DNA of 63,991 bases, counting the filler, from Diploschistes diacapsis (lineage: Eukaryota), in NCBI GenBank assembly GCA_023645945.1. It is 5 parts of 5 records of this genome, joined end to end, with 100 filler letters (N's around TTAATTAATTAA, not from the genome) between each part and the next. Parts side by side here need not be neighbours in the genome. Positions count along the whole stretch, not along the records: positions 1 to 8,249 come from JALAIB010001177.1; positions 8,350 to 16,597 come from JALAIB010001178.1; 3 more parts are not named here. One strand, written 5' to 3'. Positions 1 to 12,541 of the stretch are shown here, in pieces. Within the stretch, counting starts at the first letter, position 1, and each line of letters starts with the position of its first letter. The notes under the pieces are model-generated. The model was given only the letters and a program-made list of their open reading frames with translations, did not search any database and had not been told where the DNA came from. Both the position numbers and the translations under genes were made by a program.

Positions 1-2427
1 CCCCTAGGGAGGAGGGGGCAGTAGATAGCGCAACTGCCCCCGCCGCTGGGCTGCTGCTCTTACAATCAGACGCGAATGGTCCTGCTCGCGGGTTGGGCTC
101 CGGGTCTCTGTTTTTTTTTTTTTTTTTTCTCTCCCGGGGAAAGAGGGGGGGGGTTTACGGGAGGAGGCCGATGATAAGTTAGATTGATGAATGGATGTAG
201 AGGATGGCGTGGGAACATGGCCGGCGCAGGCAAATATCAAACGCATCTCTCATCTATGGGGATGGGGGAGGAGAGAAACTATAGGCTTGAATTAAGAATC
301 AAAGAAGGGGGGCAAAGGGAGGGAAGAGGGCATTGGGACGTGTCTTGCTGCCTTGCTTGCACGAGGACGCCTTGGATTGGGGGGGGATTCTTCTATCTGT
401 CCTGCCAGGTTCGGTACATTTTTCCATCTTCCAGCCCTTTTTTGCTTCCCACCCCACCAACCAACCAACCAATTGCCCGTGATGATGTCCAGCCGTCGCC
501 CATCCCCCTCTCCTGTGCGAATCCGTAAGAGGAAGAGGCAGAGAGAGGAAGTAGGAGACAGGACAGATAGGGCCTTGCCGAGCGCGTGTGTCCTACCTTC
601 CATCTTCCCGGCGTTTCGTATGCGTAGCAGAGCCACCATTCCTTTTTGATTTCAGTCGCGTATCTGGTTCCTCCATGCATTCATGACCCCGGGGCGGTCG
701 GGAGTGAGCAGCGACTTCCATAGTTTCCTTTGCCCTCACTCCCTTGAAATGGATCAGCAAGAAGCAACATACCCGTTACTGCACCGTGGCAAGCCCCTAG
801 AGGCAGGGGTGGAAAGTAGAAGACAATGCGCAGTAACTCTCGCTTCAGTCGATCCAGCTCGCCTCACGTCCTGAATAAGAAAGGCACCACGAGCCCGGAC
901 CTTTATCGATTGCGTGGGGGCGTAGGAACTGAAGGGATGCATGTACCCGCAAGGTAGCTCGTTCCCATCTCAGTGTCGAACGGTCGCTGCCTCAAAACCT
1001 GGAAAATGCAGGGTTAAGATGCGATGGGGGAGTTAGCATAGCTGCGAATATTGAGGGGATCCACAAGGCCAAGCCCACCTAACACCATTTTTTGCGAAAT
1101 CTGCCTGCGCTATCAGGAAGACGGATTCAAAAGAGTTGGTTGATGCTACCTGAGCGCAGGTAATATGGCGCAGGATCACCCCCCATGACCTTTTTTTAAC
1201 CGGATTTGGCACGGCGAACAGGTGTTCTGAAAGGATCGCTGAGTTCCAAGGGCAGTGTTGGTGTTGTCAAACGGCAATCAGACTCTCTGTACGCTGTAAG
1301 ATGGGTCGCCGGAAGAGCCGACTGCATCTCCCCGTGCATGATGGTGGCTGACTAGCAAAGAAGGGGTTTGGTGGCTTCGTAAGGCTACGAATTTCATGGC
1401 TAGTTCATCACTCCAATCGAGATCCGACCAGGACAACATGCAAGGGGGTGGTTGAAAAAAGACAAGCTCTTCGTAGGTCTTGCGCGTGGCGATTGCGTGC
1501 TGTATGGCGAAGCTCTAGCGGGACTCCAAGCGGGAAGCCCCACCAGAGTTTCAAGAGTAGAGTAAGCCTAGCTGCAGTAGAATTCTGCTTCACACTGCCA
1601 CGGCGTGCGGATATCGGGGCTGTCCAGACAACGTTGTGGGTAGGAGACGCCGAGGGTACCTGCCGTCTCTGTGGTACTACAGAGGATCGTCAAGGCACAG
1701 GCCATGGCGGCAGAGCATGCAAGCTGTGAGATGGGTGGCAAGTCATGCATCTGAGTCTAACCAGGTGATATGGTTGGTGGTCAAACTCGCGTATTTAAGC
1801 ACGGACGTTGCATTACTATCGGGACGGGTGTTCGAGCAATGCCGCAGCAGGTGGGGTGGCTGGCAAGGTTTGAGCAGATGCAGATGAGGCTTGAGCTGTG
1901 AGGATGGTGGAAATCACGGGCTTATTCATGCAAGTGGAGTAAATTGACCGATGGGGTAATTCATCGAGGAGCCAACTGCTGCAATGGTTGGGACCACTTC
2001 AAGAAGATTTGCCGTCTCTAGGCGTGGATGTTGTCGGGGTATCACAGAGTGTAAAGGTTTGCATACGGGTCGGAAGTTCCTGTAACGGAAATGTCGAATA
2101 GAGAGTCCTGAATCTCGCCTCGTATAAGGTGTTCCGAGCAGGCCTAAAACGAGCTGTAGCTTTCGCCGGTCGTCAAGGCGAAGCGGAATGAACGCGGCAT
2201 CTAAATCGTTAGATTTGGGCCGTCCAATGCAAGACTGTAATGCACTTTTGATTCAGCACAGAACAGGAGATGACGGAGCATTCCCGCGTAATTCACCGAT
2301 CTAGGGCTGAAGGGAAGACGCAGGTTGATTGACCTGTTCTTCGAACCGACACACGACCGGGGGTTGTGTTGCGATTGTAACAAGAGTATGGAACATCTTG
2401 CAGTAAGAATAAGCAGCTCCTTGAAGC

Positions 2428-2429
<2 letters not shown>

Positions 2430-2460
<31 letters not shown>
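2430..2460. repeat. (GA)n microsatellite
   Basis: Perfect dinucleotide run. Confidence 0.95.
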
Positions 2461-2465
<5 letters not shown>

Positions 2466-2760
2466 GCCATCTCGTTCAAGGAAGCCACATTGACGTGGCA
2501 CTAAAGGTATCCATAGATGCTGGCCTGTGCAACAACGTGATGAAATAGATCATCATTGAGGCGAAGTAAGTCCGATGCGTGCATCAGGAGGCGGACAGAT
2601 CGATGCTCAAAGCTGAACGAAGAGGAAGGATTCTCATTAGTCCAATCGAAGGACATTACCACCTCCTCGCCCACAATGCGGCATGTGACAGAAGCTGCAT
2701 ACCAGCTTTAGGCGTGATCTTAAAGAGGCGACAGTGAAGAGGGAAAATGAAAAGAAGAAG

Positions 2761-2810
2761 AGGTGGAGGAGGAAGTGGAGGAGGTGGAGGAGGAGGAGGA
2801 GGAGGAGGAG
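2761..2810. repeat. (GGA)n microsatellite
   Basis: Imperfect trinucleotide run. Confidence 0.9.
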
Positions 2811-3217
2811 AGAAGGACGGAATGGTGTTCGGTCAAGGCGGGAAACGAGGCAAATGAATGCAGCGAATCCAAGAATTACACTGAAATTGAGTTGGTATAA
2901 GTGCCATTACTAAAGTTAGGGTTGTGATTGTACTGCTCCCTGAATTTCTCAGTGCACTATTGCTCACTATCGCCTCGAGGGACTCGGAATAATCTTTACC
3001 AGGGCCGTTGGAAATGCACGCTCTATCGCGTTTAGACACCCAATTAACCATTTTCCGCTACAGGTTGGGGATCCACACTCCGTAAATCTTGTTATCCGCA
3101 CCCTTGCGATACGTGCCTATCAATAGTTGCAGGCATCAAGCGAACAGGTAACTTAAACGGTTTTGTAAGTTATGGTATCGTATCGGCAGCTGTAGTGAAC
3201 CAGGTAGAAGGTGCTTC

Positions 3218-4486
3218 TCAGATGAAATCACCAGCACCAAAGTCACCAAATGGGTTAGGCGATGCGCCACCAAAACCGCCTCCTCTTCTGCCTGTGTTGC
3301 CCCGTGGGGGATTTTGGAAAGGGCCCGCGGGATCGTATCGTGCGCCAGGAGGGACCCTAGATTTCGTTAGACAAATAACTTTCGCAGATGCCATAGATGC
3401 CTACTGAGGGTCAAAACCAGGGGTATAGCCGCCGCCAGTGCCTGCTCGGCCATCGAACAAGGGATCGTCAAAGGTTGGGTGCATTCCTCCTCCTCCACCT
3501 CGGAATCCGCCACGAGGACCACCCATTCTCAACGGGTCATTGGGACCAAGGCCGGGTGGATATAGATCTCGCTCGCCAATGTTCAGTGGCTGCCTTTCTC
3601 CCGGCCCTCTACCTGGTGGTCGAAGGACCCCATGCTCGTCTTCGAAGCCTGGAGGCTCAAAGTCGGGACCGCCATAAGGTCGCCGTGGTGGCGCCGCTAG
3701 AGGATCGCCCAATGGGCGTGGAGCAGGCGCGGGAGGAAGAGGATCTTGAGCTGGGCGCCGTGGCTCTCGTCCACGTCCGACTATCCCCCCACGCTGGGCC
3801 CGGCCGTCTTCGCCACGTCGCTCTGCTGCGTGTAGACGATCGCTGGCCGCTTGAGCGCTCTCTTGGTATCCATCCTTCTGCAATCCGGGAATGAGTTTCT
3901 GGAGCAGCTGAATCTTCGTCAAAGCCGAGAAGTCTCCCATTCGACCAGCAGTGATAAAGACATTTTGGAGCGCTCCTAGAGCCTCGAATTCTGATGAATC
4001 CGAGGCCACGACTCTAGCGGTGAACGGAAGAGAGGATTCCGAAACAAAGTCCTTAGCAGGGACATCAAAGGAAGCAACTTTGTCATCTCCCAGCCCCATG
4101 CCGTGAATAACGGCTTTGTTCCCGAGTTTTCCAACCTTGAGAAGATAGCGCATGGAGGATTGGGAGTGCTTGTACATGAAGGCATAATCCGAAGCACTTA
4201 GGGTGTTCCATTCTGATGGCAACGGCTTCGGATCTTCGCTTTCGGAGCTTGCGTCTACACAACGTAAGACTATTGTAGCCGGGAAGGCAAGGTGCTTACC
4301 AATCTTGTGATCTTCACCTAGTCCGATAAGTTTGAAGTCCACGGCCAGCATGCACGCGTGGCATAACAACGATATGGCATCCCACGGGTTTCTAATCTGC
4401 GGTTCGGCAGACCTAGGTAGGCTGAAGAGTATGATGCGTGCCAGATTGCCTGCACTAAGGATATTGCGGGGTGGTCCTGACGCCAT
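3218..4486 (-). CDS. PI31 proteasome regulator/inhibitor (PSMF1/Fub1 family), 3 exons
   Basis: The N-terminal FP domain (DAISLLCHACMLAVDFKLIGLGEDH, LPSEWN, YAFMYKHSQSS) is followed by a Pro/Gly-rich tail with IGERDLYPPGL, GMHPTFDDPLF and VPPGARYDP. Introns are 4255-4299 (GTAAGC..AG) and 3357-3404 (GTAGGC..CTAAC..AG). The protein ends GAGDFI* at 3218. Confidence 0.92.
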
Positions 4487-5047
4487 TCTAGAATAATGAG
4501 TTTAGTGGTGAATTTCAAGCAATTCCTGAAAGAAGTTCAGGACATGGTGATGAGATTGTGGCTGAAGAGCAACTTCAGGCGGCTTGCGATGACGTTATGA
4601 GCGACGAGGGGAAATGTGCGGCAACAAGCTTTCTTAAGGAGTTTCAATCTACATAATGACTCTTTGAACATTCCGTAAATATATGAAGATCGATGCGAGG
4701 TAATCCGTTCAAATCGTCGATTTTGGACGCGTTGGCCAGACTTCTCTCTACCTACTCAGGGTGCGCGAAGCGGTCTCGGAACCATCCGGCAATAGCCCGG
4801 TTTCATCAATGTAAGCTTTATCATCTCGACAGGTCAGTACAGCTTGGCGATCGCATTCAATCTGATCGATTCCATCTGTCGGATACACATAGCCTGGATA
4901 TCCTCTATTAGTGTCAAAATAAGCAACCCGAAAAAGTGAACCAACCCTTTTCCACAATGTAGCAAGCAAGATTCGATATGGATGATGGCGGTATGGGGCC
5001 GAGCCTTGCTATCATATTCGCCTGAAATCCATATATCTTGCATGTGG

Positions 5048-6220
5048 TCACTTCGGACCTTTCCCCTTAGCTTCATTCTCGCCCAGCTCTCTTATGAAAA
5101 CGCTGATGGTTCCCTCTGCCTGTCCCTCTCGGCCGTCCTCGAAGCCCGGACTTATCGCCACAGCTAGCCATTTCCCATCACCGCTAAAGGAGAGTGCGGC
5201 TATGCTCGCAGCATACCGCTGGTATTGACGTATCCTCCTCTTGGTGACACCGTCCCATAGCGACACAAAGCCATCTCCGCCTCCCGACGCAAACGTCCCA
5301 TGAACAGGGTGGAAGGCCAACGCATTGACAGGATAGACTATGTCAGTCCCTGATCCGTCGCTTGCTGGCTGCCGATGGCACTTGAATGCATATTTCCGCG
5401 CTTGCGACTCGGACGAAGGGTCGAACCATTCAACTGCTACGCGACCCTCGATACTCGACGAGGCATAGCCCATGTCATTGGGCATGCATGCTATCGCGCG
5501 GGTCATGAACTTCAAGCTGCTTTCGCGCCGTTGCCATGGTTCCAATAAGAGCTCCGCGACGTCCCTTGAAGCAGACGGAGTTTGTGTGGAGATGAGTGTC
5601 AAAGATTTTAAATCATAGATGTGTAGGGCTCTGGATGCCATTGCGACGACGAGCTTCGTAGGTGTCAAGGATATCGAGAACGGTTTCTGAGGAAGTTTGA
5701 GTTGTGTGGGGAGCGACGTTTCTTCCTCCCCTGTTGGCTTTGTGTGGTGGACATGTAGCGTAGAGTCCCATGCAGCAGAAATTAGGATGTTGTGTACTTT
5801 TGAGTATGCAAGCGACTTCACCCCTGCTTCGTGAGATGATAGAACTGTCTGGTCGCCTGTTTGGAGGTCGATCCTAGGTAGTGAGTCAGCATGTGGAGAG
5901 CCTTTCGGGTCCTTGCTGAACTGAGCAGCACCTTCGAACATCAAAATCTAGTCCTGCGCTATATGCCTCTTCCTCCTCACCCCAGCACACATCAAGTACG
6001 GGTGCTCTGTGTTCATATCTTTGTAATAGTGTCGAAACTCTGTTGGATATCTTATGTAGGTAAACGCTCTTGTCCCAAGAAGCGACTAGTAACTGTAGAC
6101 TATTGGGCGCAAACTCGACGGCGGAGATGATATCGGACGGTGGATCCACAAGCTCAAACTGATCTATAACTATCAACAATAGTTCACAGTCAAAGCCCTA
6201 GGAAACTCACTTGTAGCCAT
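5048..6220 (-). CDS. BUB3: Spindle checkpoint WD40 protein Bub3, 3 exons
   Basis: Motifs LLVASWD, HRAPVLDVC, WQRRESSLKFMTRA, SSIEGRVAVEWFD, KYAFKCHR and YPVNALAFHP..GTFASGGGDG. ATG at 6220; introns 6164-6210 and 5874-5931 join the ORF-track pieces in frame. Confidence 0.93.
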
Positions 6221-7215
6221 GTTGCAATTTCGTATAGCTTACCTCCAGGTCGGAAGAGTCCGATTATAAATAATCCTCTCGATAAGCCAAGCAGAAGGGG
6301 TGATACGCAAGTTCTATCGCTTGGCGTATAAGGCTCGTTGCAGACCCAAGTCGGCGGATAAAGATGACAACGAACGTTTTACACCCACAATTGGTCAGTT
6401 CGGCAACAATTCCCTGACAACCCAGTGAAAAACTTGAAGACCTGGGCTTGCTATCTCCAAGAAGTTCTCAGTATCTGTTGAAGTCGATGATACCACTAGC
6501 AGCATGGGCTATACTATACGGAACATATGTTTCACACTGTTACCTGCTTCTGTGGCTTGGTTAAAATGGGAAGTTCATCTTTTGAATGGGTCCAAACTAC
6601 AGAGGCAGTGAATCAGGGTGAAGGAAACAGGCTTCGAGCCTCCCGAATAATGCATTAAATCAAAAAGATGCGCTTGATGTGTTGAAAGCAAGTGTTATGA
6701 CATGACTTGGGGTCATATTGGGCTCCGGCTTGGCGCCCATGTGACCCAACTTTGGTGGAGTTTGTTATCTCCATTGGTAAATCCGGGTGAAGCAGAGCAG
6801 ATTCTAACCCGTAGTATGACCCCGGGTCATGAGTATCGCGGGTTTCATGGGTTTGGTTACTAAAAGGTCTGGCGAAACGTGGCAAAACCAGCAGAGGTGG
6901 GTATATAATCTTAATAGAGTGTTGACCCGTGTGCTGAGCATCTAAATCCCGGTGCCGGTTATTCTGACCGTTATCTTGGCAGTATGCAAAATCAGGTGTA
7001 CACGCAATATGCAGTAGAAATTAATAGTGCCCGTAGTTAGTGGCTGGAGTAGTAAGTAAGGAAAATATTTAGATTTTAAGCGTTTTTGCAACGCAATATG
7101 AGCAGTAATTGGGAAGGATTTTGGGAGTGAGAAAGCGCATTGTAGACTATTCAGTGTTTATGTGAGCTGGGAAGTATGTAGGTTCTTTAAAATCTTATGG
7201 GATTTATATGTATTG

Positions 7216-7410
7216 TGTTACGATCCGAGGTCCCGACCTCGTCACGTCCCAGCCACTCTTGTATATAGCACCAATCATAGTGACACAGGTCACGTGATTG
7301 CCAGACAACAGCAGACAGCTGTCTGGCAGCCGGCGTCTGGCGCTCTGCCAGATAAGCGCTGCCAGTTAATTAGTATTTAACATCTAGCGGGGCGGCTAGA
7401 AGTTGTAACA
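7216..7410. mobile_element. Solo-LTR-like relic (Gypsy-type TG...CA ends)
   Basis: A 195-bp segment bounded by the inverted termini TGTTAC...GTAACA, within an AT-rich TE nest. The 5-bp flanks (TATTG / AGCGA) do not match, so no TSD. Confidence 0.5.
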
Positions 7411-7440
7411 AGCGATAATAATCACATATGCAAAGCAGTA

Positions 7441-7650
7441 ACGTGTTTCACTACACAACGGAACACACTACAAAGCGGAACACTATATTATAATGTAATT
7501 GCGTTAGATCGAGCGCTTCCATATTTGTACGAAGCTAAATCTATTTTTAACTATATTATCCCGTTCTTCGGCCTTTAAGAAATACACTTTACGAAGGTGC
7601 AGAGATTGTGTTCCGTTTTATGGTATGTTCCGTTGTGTGGTGAAACACGT
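7441..7650. mobile_element. 210-bp MITE, Tc1/mariner superfamily (pogo/Fot1-like)
   Basis: 43-bp terminal inverted repeats (7441-7483 and 7608-7650, 38/43 identical) start with ACGTGTTTCAC. TA flanks both ends (7439-7440, 7651-7652). There is no coding capacity. Confidence 0.88.
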
Positions 7651-7666
7651 TAAAGCCCGCGTGAGA

Positions 7667-7979
7667 TGTAACATCACGAAAAGTTTTTTGGGCAAAAATT
7701 TTTTTCTGCCAAAAGCTACCGAAACTGGCGAATATAACGAGCCCGATCAATTTTTTTATTAAAATATTATATAATCATTAAATAAAAATGCTTTTTTTCA
7801 ATATTTTAAAATCTATTACCGGAAAATTCATTAAAAAATCCGCAAATTTAGCGCCGGATAACTAGCGCTAAGATCTCTCTAAAGCTCTCACGCCACGAAT
7901 ATCCACGCTTACGTAATATAAAATACGCCATTCTTAATATTTTCGCGGCAATATATTTTATTTAATAAACCCCGTTACA
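7667..7979. mobile_element. AT-rich (RIP-like) repeat relic, possibly a second solo LTR
   Basis: Bounded by TGTAAC (7667) and GTTACA (7974-7979), strongly AT/TpA-rich, with no matching TSD. Confidence 0.3.
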
Positions 7980-8096
7980 TCCGATACCACTAATATTAAT
8001 TAATTCGAATCTTATTGAAAAGTTAGCGCAGGAATGGATGCTATATTATAACGTGTTTCACGGGGATTCCGGCTACCTTAAATCACTACCGCCAAC

Positions 8097-8249
8097 TAGG
8101 CTGGCCGTCACGGACACTGACACGGCCGTGGCAGTGTCCGTGCTTTGAAATTTTTAGTCGTAGTATCCGTGTCCGTGCTTTTATTATAGTGTAGTGTCCG
8201 TGGAAATGTTCGTGTTTTAAAATTTTTAATTATAATGTCCGTGTCCGTG
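8097..8249. mobile_element. End of a putative DNA transposon (hAT-like) with GTGTCCGTG subterminal repeats, truncated by the contig end
   Basis: TAGGCTGGCCG is followed by several GTGTCCGTG / TCCGTG copies and one inverted CACGGACAC, running into the gap. Confidence 0.4.
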
Positions 8250-8349
8250 NNNNNNNNNNNNNNNNNNNNNNNNNNNNNNNNNNNNNNNNNNNNTTAATTA
8301 ATTAANNNNNNNNNNNNNNNNNNNNNNNNNNNNNNNNNNNNNNNNNNNN
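8250..8349. other. Assembly gap linker (N-TTAATTAATTAA-N)
   Basis: N-runs surround a 12-mer with stops in all six frames; the same construct occurs four times in the window. Confidence 0.97.
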
Positions 8350-9479
8350 TTGGTACAGCGCGTTGAGTCGATGGGCGTAGTCCTCGGGGGGGGGGAAACA
8401 AGGAGAGGAGGCTGCGAACGAAAAACAAGAGCTTATCAAGGCCCCGGTAGCTGGAACGAGCCGAGGGCGGTGGGGGCGTGATTGGGCCCCGTTTTGACCT
8501 GTTCGGGGCGTCGGCTCGGCGGCTCGCTTGGCTGGACCGACTGCGTGTGTGGCGGACCCCAAATCCTGTGTCCGGAATGGGAGGAGCGGCGGCCCGTTGT
8601 GGGCAAGATGCGTAATTAAGTGGGTAAGCGAGCGGTGCATGCTGCGCTCCCCGTCGTGCTTTGGACATAGCTCGCAGCTGGGTTTCCCTGGAGCATTGTC
8701 GGCCGACCCATGTATCCTGATCGCGCTTTTTGGACTTCGGTCTCTCCTATCCAGCTTCTGTGTCTGCTCCCCCACGCTGGCTTGGGGAGACATCGCAGCC
8801 TCGGGCGATGGATCGGGCCGCGAAAGGGCTCGGGGGCGTGCGTGGGCCAGTGGAGCACGGGGGACGGGCATGAATCGCTGTAAGCTGAGAACAGGGGTGT
8901 TGAGAAGTCAAGACGGGCAGGTATGGAGGTATGGAGATGTTTGGGTTGGGTGGGGAAGTGGAGATGGAAGGATGTGTTGGATTGTCGTTACCCGCAGCCG
9001 CTTGAGAGTAAGGAGGATAGGGAGATAGGGGGATGGAGAAGTAAGAAGTAGAAGCCTGGTAGCAAGTAGAAGCCTGGTAGCAAGCGACGGGTAGGGGAAC
9101 GAGGAGATGATAAGTTGCGGGAAAGTGGAGATCAGGAATGGATGTTGTTGTGAGGTTGGACTTAAAAGCGTGTGCGTATAGAAGGATTTTCCGAATCAAA
9201 AGGCACCCCAATATGAGTGACATAAAAGGGCAATGAACAGAACACAAGTGACGAAAACGATTTATACTCGAAGGATTGAAATCCAAAAATGAGGAAGCCG
9301 GAAGTATCGCCAGTACAACCGCTCATGTCTCGAAACCCCTGAGTTGCAGCAGATACTAAAAGCGAGCGCTCTTCAACCGTTACTTCGTTGCCAACACGTC
9401 CAAACTCACGCCCATCCTCCTGGTCCATCAATACAGCACTATTTTTGTTACTCAATTGAGACGAGAAGTCTTGCCATCT

Positions 9480-10330
9480 TCAAGTAGCAACCCCTTCCTC
9501 GAACCCATGCTGCCTCTGACTGACGTACTGCTTCCGCAAATCGTTCGCCTCGGTCTGTTCACCACGGTTTAGCGGTGTCCACTTGGGCTCGTCTTTGAAG
9601 AGGCGCATCGCTCTGATGTACTACAGCCATGTTAGCCTCCAACTTGATTGAAGTTGCAGCAAAGCCAGGACACCACGCCGTCGAGTTTCTATCCTCCCGT
9701 CCCATCCCTCACAAATAACTCTTTTCGTCCAGCCTGCTGTTTTTCTCTCCAACTATCAATGAATGCTTAAGAAATAGTCCGCACTTACATCCCCCCCATC
9801 GACCGTAAACCGATGATATATGCCCGGCGGCAACACCAACAAATCGCCCTCCTCGCACCTGATCCTCACCCACCTACTGTCTCCCTTTTCTCTCACATCG
9901 AAGTATCCCGCTCCGCCAAGGATATACCGTATCTCCTCGTCCTCGTGCATGTGCTCGTCGAAGAACATCTTTATCTTATCTTCGTAGACGGAGCCCATCG
10001 CTTGCGGGGAGACGGTGATTTCATCGCGATGGGAGTAACTGCGCTGTCTCGCGAGGGCGTTGACGCCGTCCGGCGAGGAAGGGCTGCTGGTGGGAAAATG
10101 CGCCGTCAGGACACCGAGGGCGGAGAGGTGCGAGAGGGGGAGGTCGGGCTGGGTGGTATGAGGAAGCCGGGGGTCACCCTGAAGGATAGAGAGCGTGAGT
10201 CTTTGTCGGCATTCTGAGTAGAGAAAGTAGCAAGGGAGATGGGTGGATATGTCCAGGAGCTGCGGTGGAGCGAAATAGGGGAAAGCGGAGTATATGATAC
10301 CTCAACATCGTCGTAGTAGTAGGCTTTCAT
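9480..10330 (-). CDS. ADI1: Acireductone dioxygenase (methionine salvage), 3 exons
   Basis: [17 protein letters not shown], cupin metal motif [28 protein letters not shown] and [19 protein letters not shown]. Introns are 10179-10300 and 9621-9788. Confidence 0.95.
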
Positions 10331-12486
10331 CGTGAACGGTACTAGGTTCTGTACGACAACTTCGTCCAGATTATCGTGGCGGCGTTTGGCCGTGGTTTCT
10401 CCGGGCTTGGATTGGATTTTGAAAAGTAGCGAGGGCTGACTCAGCACAAGGCTACTAACTACAACATAGGGAAATTAGAGAACCAAAAGGGCATTCCGCC
10501 AACTGTTTCTGAAACACTGGAGCGGGGCTTCCGCCGAGATTGCAGAAGAAGGTAGGCGGGCGGACGGAGCGGATTAACTAAAAATAGTGATCGACTTGAC
10601 TAAAGAAAAAGTTCCCTTGTCTCCTTTGGGATGTATATAAGTTATGGTAGATAGCACTTCTTTCCCTTATCGTTATCGCTGAGGCGCTGCGGGCGCTGGA
10701 CCTGCTGCCCTGCTGCCCTTCGCAATATCACTTTTCGTCTAGGGCGATCTTGACCATGCAGTGGGTCAATTCAGTAAGACCGACGGCGAGTGGTGCAGAT
10801 AACCGAGGAGATCTGAATCATGAATGGGCTATGGGCTATGGGCTATGGCCCATGTGCTTACTGGGCTGCCCTTGTAGATTTCTGCAAAAGCTAGAATCCA
10901 CGAGCCATTGATTATCTAAGCTTTTCGGAGTGGGATTTGCAGCATGCATTGGGAATTGTTGCATTACTTTGCATAGGAGACCCGAACGATCTGCAACGTG
11001 GTAAAGTTGTTGGGACCCTGGCCAGCTGAAAGACGAGAGAAGCTGCAAGTGCGGGAAGCTCGTGGACCCCTTTCTATTATTATTATTATTGATACTTTGT
11101 GCCTGTAGAGAGAAGCCAGCTGCAAGAGAGCAGTCCTTCTTCTGCTCCTAAGACACAACACAACCAACTGACCTTGCTTATATTGCGCAAGGAATATGGA
11201 GAATTCCAAACTCACACCCCTGCGAGGCTGTGATACAAGTTTTCAAGGCTTCGGGTCCACGTATACCTTGTTGAGGATCACTGTACAGCTTTGCATAACG
11301 CGAAGGATGCTGTTCCGATCGAAGCTTCCGGAGCCAGTAGCTCGGAATGCACGCGTTCCGCACCAGCCAGCAAAGCGCGTGCGGGCACACAATGCATATT
11401 TCCCGGGGGGTGGAAATGGGGGTCAACGATAAGGGATAGCGGCGGGTTGCACCACAGGGTTATCGCTCTCCTCTAGCGCTCGCCGGACCCTTGATTCCTC
11501 CTGGAGAAATAGTAGCTCCGTCCCCTTGTAATGCGTTTGTACGCAGTACCCGTCTTTCCCGCTGATCACGCCTTTCCATTTGTGTAGTGGATACCTGACA
11601 TAATAATCGTATCTCTCTGGCTTTGATTGGCAGCGAATCAAGCCGCCGGCTGAGCACGTCCCTTTTGTTGGCCACTCTTTTCTCCATTCGTAACGACAAG
11701 CCGCAGAAGGCCAAGCGAGGTGCACCGGGAAGGTTTAGCTCCCAAGATGAGGGATGAGACAGCGAGAGTAGACTAACAGTAGACTAACCCTTCTCCACAA
11801 TAATGCCGACCCTCAAAGAGGGACTGCGTGCCCGTGCTTTTTGCCTGAGCCGGAAAACCAGGGCGGTGTCAACAACAAGTGAGCTGTTGTCAAAGAGCAA
11901 CGAAACAGAAATCGAGTATGTATGAGAGTATGACCGTGAATCCAGGAGTTTTAAGGAATGTGGCGAACCATTGGTCATGTAATTTGACGAAATGAGGTGT
12001 CAGTAGTGGACAGAGGAGCTTTTCCTTACAGGTGCCGAGGAACACCCTGCCACCACCCAAATCCTCCTCGTGGGGGAGCTGCAGTCGTCAGCATTGGGCG
12101 ATCGCCCGAAGTGTAGAGGGAATCAGCCTATTCTCTCTCCCAATGGGACAACATACATACAACCCTCGATATGCATGAAGGCATCCACTTTTTCTATTGA
12201 TCAATAAAACCTGTACTTGTCGTTGTTGATTTGTTTTTTATTTTTTTGAAAGGGTATATGTTGTGGCTTGTATTGAATCTAGTATATAGTTGTCTCTGTG
12301 AGGAAATTCATAGCCTTACTAAATGGGGAATTTTGGGGTGGTGGTGGTGGTGGCCGCGTTGACAACTAACTGAAACTTTTGAAAACAACTAAATGTTCCG
12401 CGTCTTCGGCCCCCCTCCCCGCCGCCCTCCAAGTCAACTAAAATTAGAGTCACTTCAGCAATTCCCAAGTTCTCTCCCTCCCTCAA

Positions 12487-12541
12487 TACTGTACTATACC
12501 GTACTATATCGTACTATACCGTACTATACTGCACTATACCC
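12487..12541. repeat. Short tandem repeat (about TACTATACCG)n upstream of the BNI4-like gene
   Basis: Visible imperfect 10-bp (5-bp sub-period) array. Confidence 0.7.

Noticed and set aside
1..700. Several short ORFs
   Set aside because: Low-complexity homopolymer and purine tracts typical of UTR or promoter sequence of an off-window gene.
8250..8349. Palindromic TTAATTAATTAA recurring four times as a possible biological repeat
   Set aside because: It is always centred in a 100-nt N block, so it is an artificial six-frame-stop contig linker.
8302..9286. Overlapping 124-189 aa ORFs on both strands
   Set aside because: No recognisable motifs. GC-rich sequence with pyrimidine tracts on the minus strand fits a promoter or 5' UTR of a gene lost in the gap. 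An 18-bp tandem duplication at about 9046-9083 is only a minisatellite.
10800..12100. Cluster of 60-100 aa ORFs between ADI1 and BNI4
   Set aside because: No consistent frame, splice pattern or motif; treated as intergenic.
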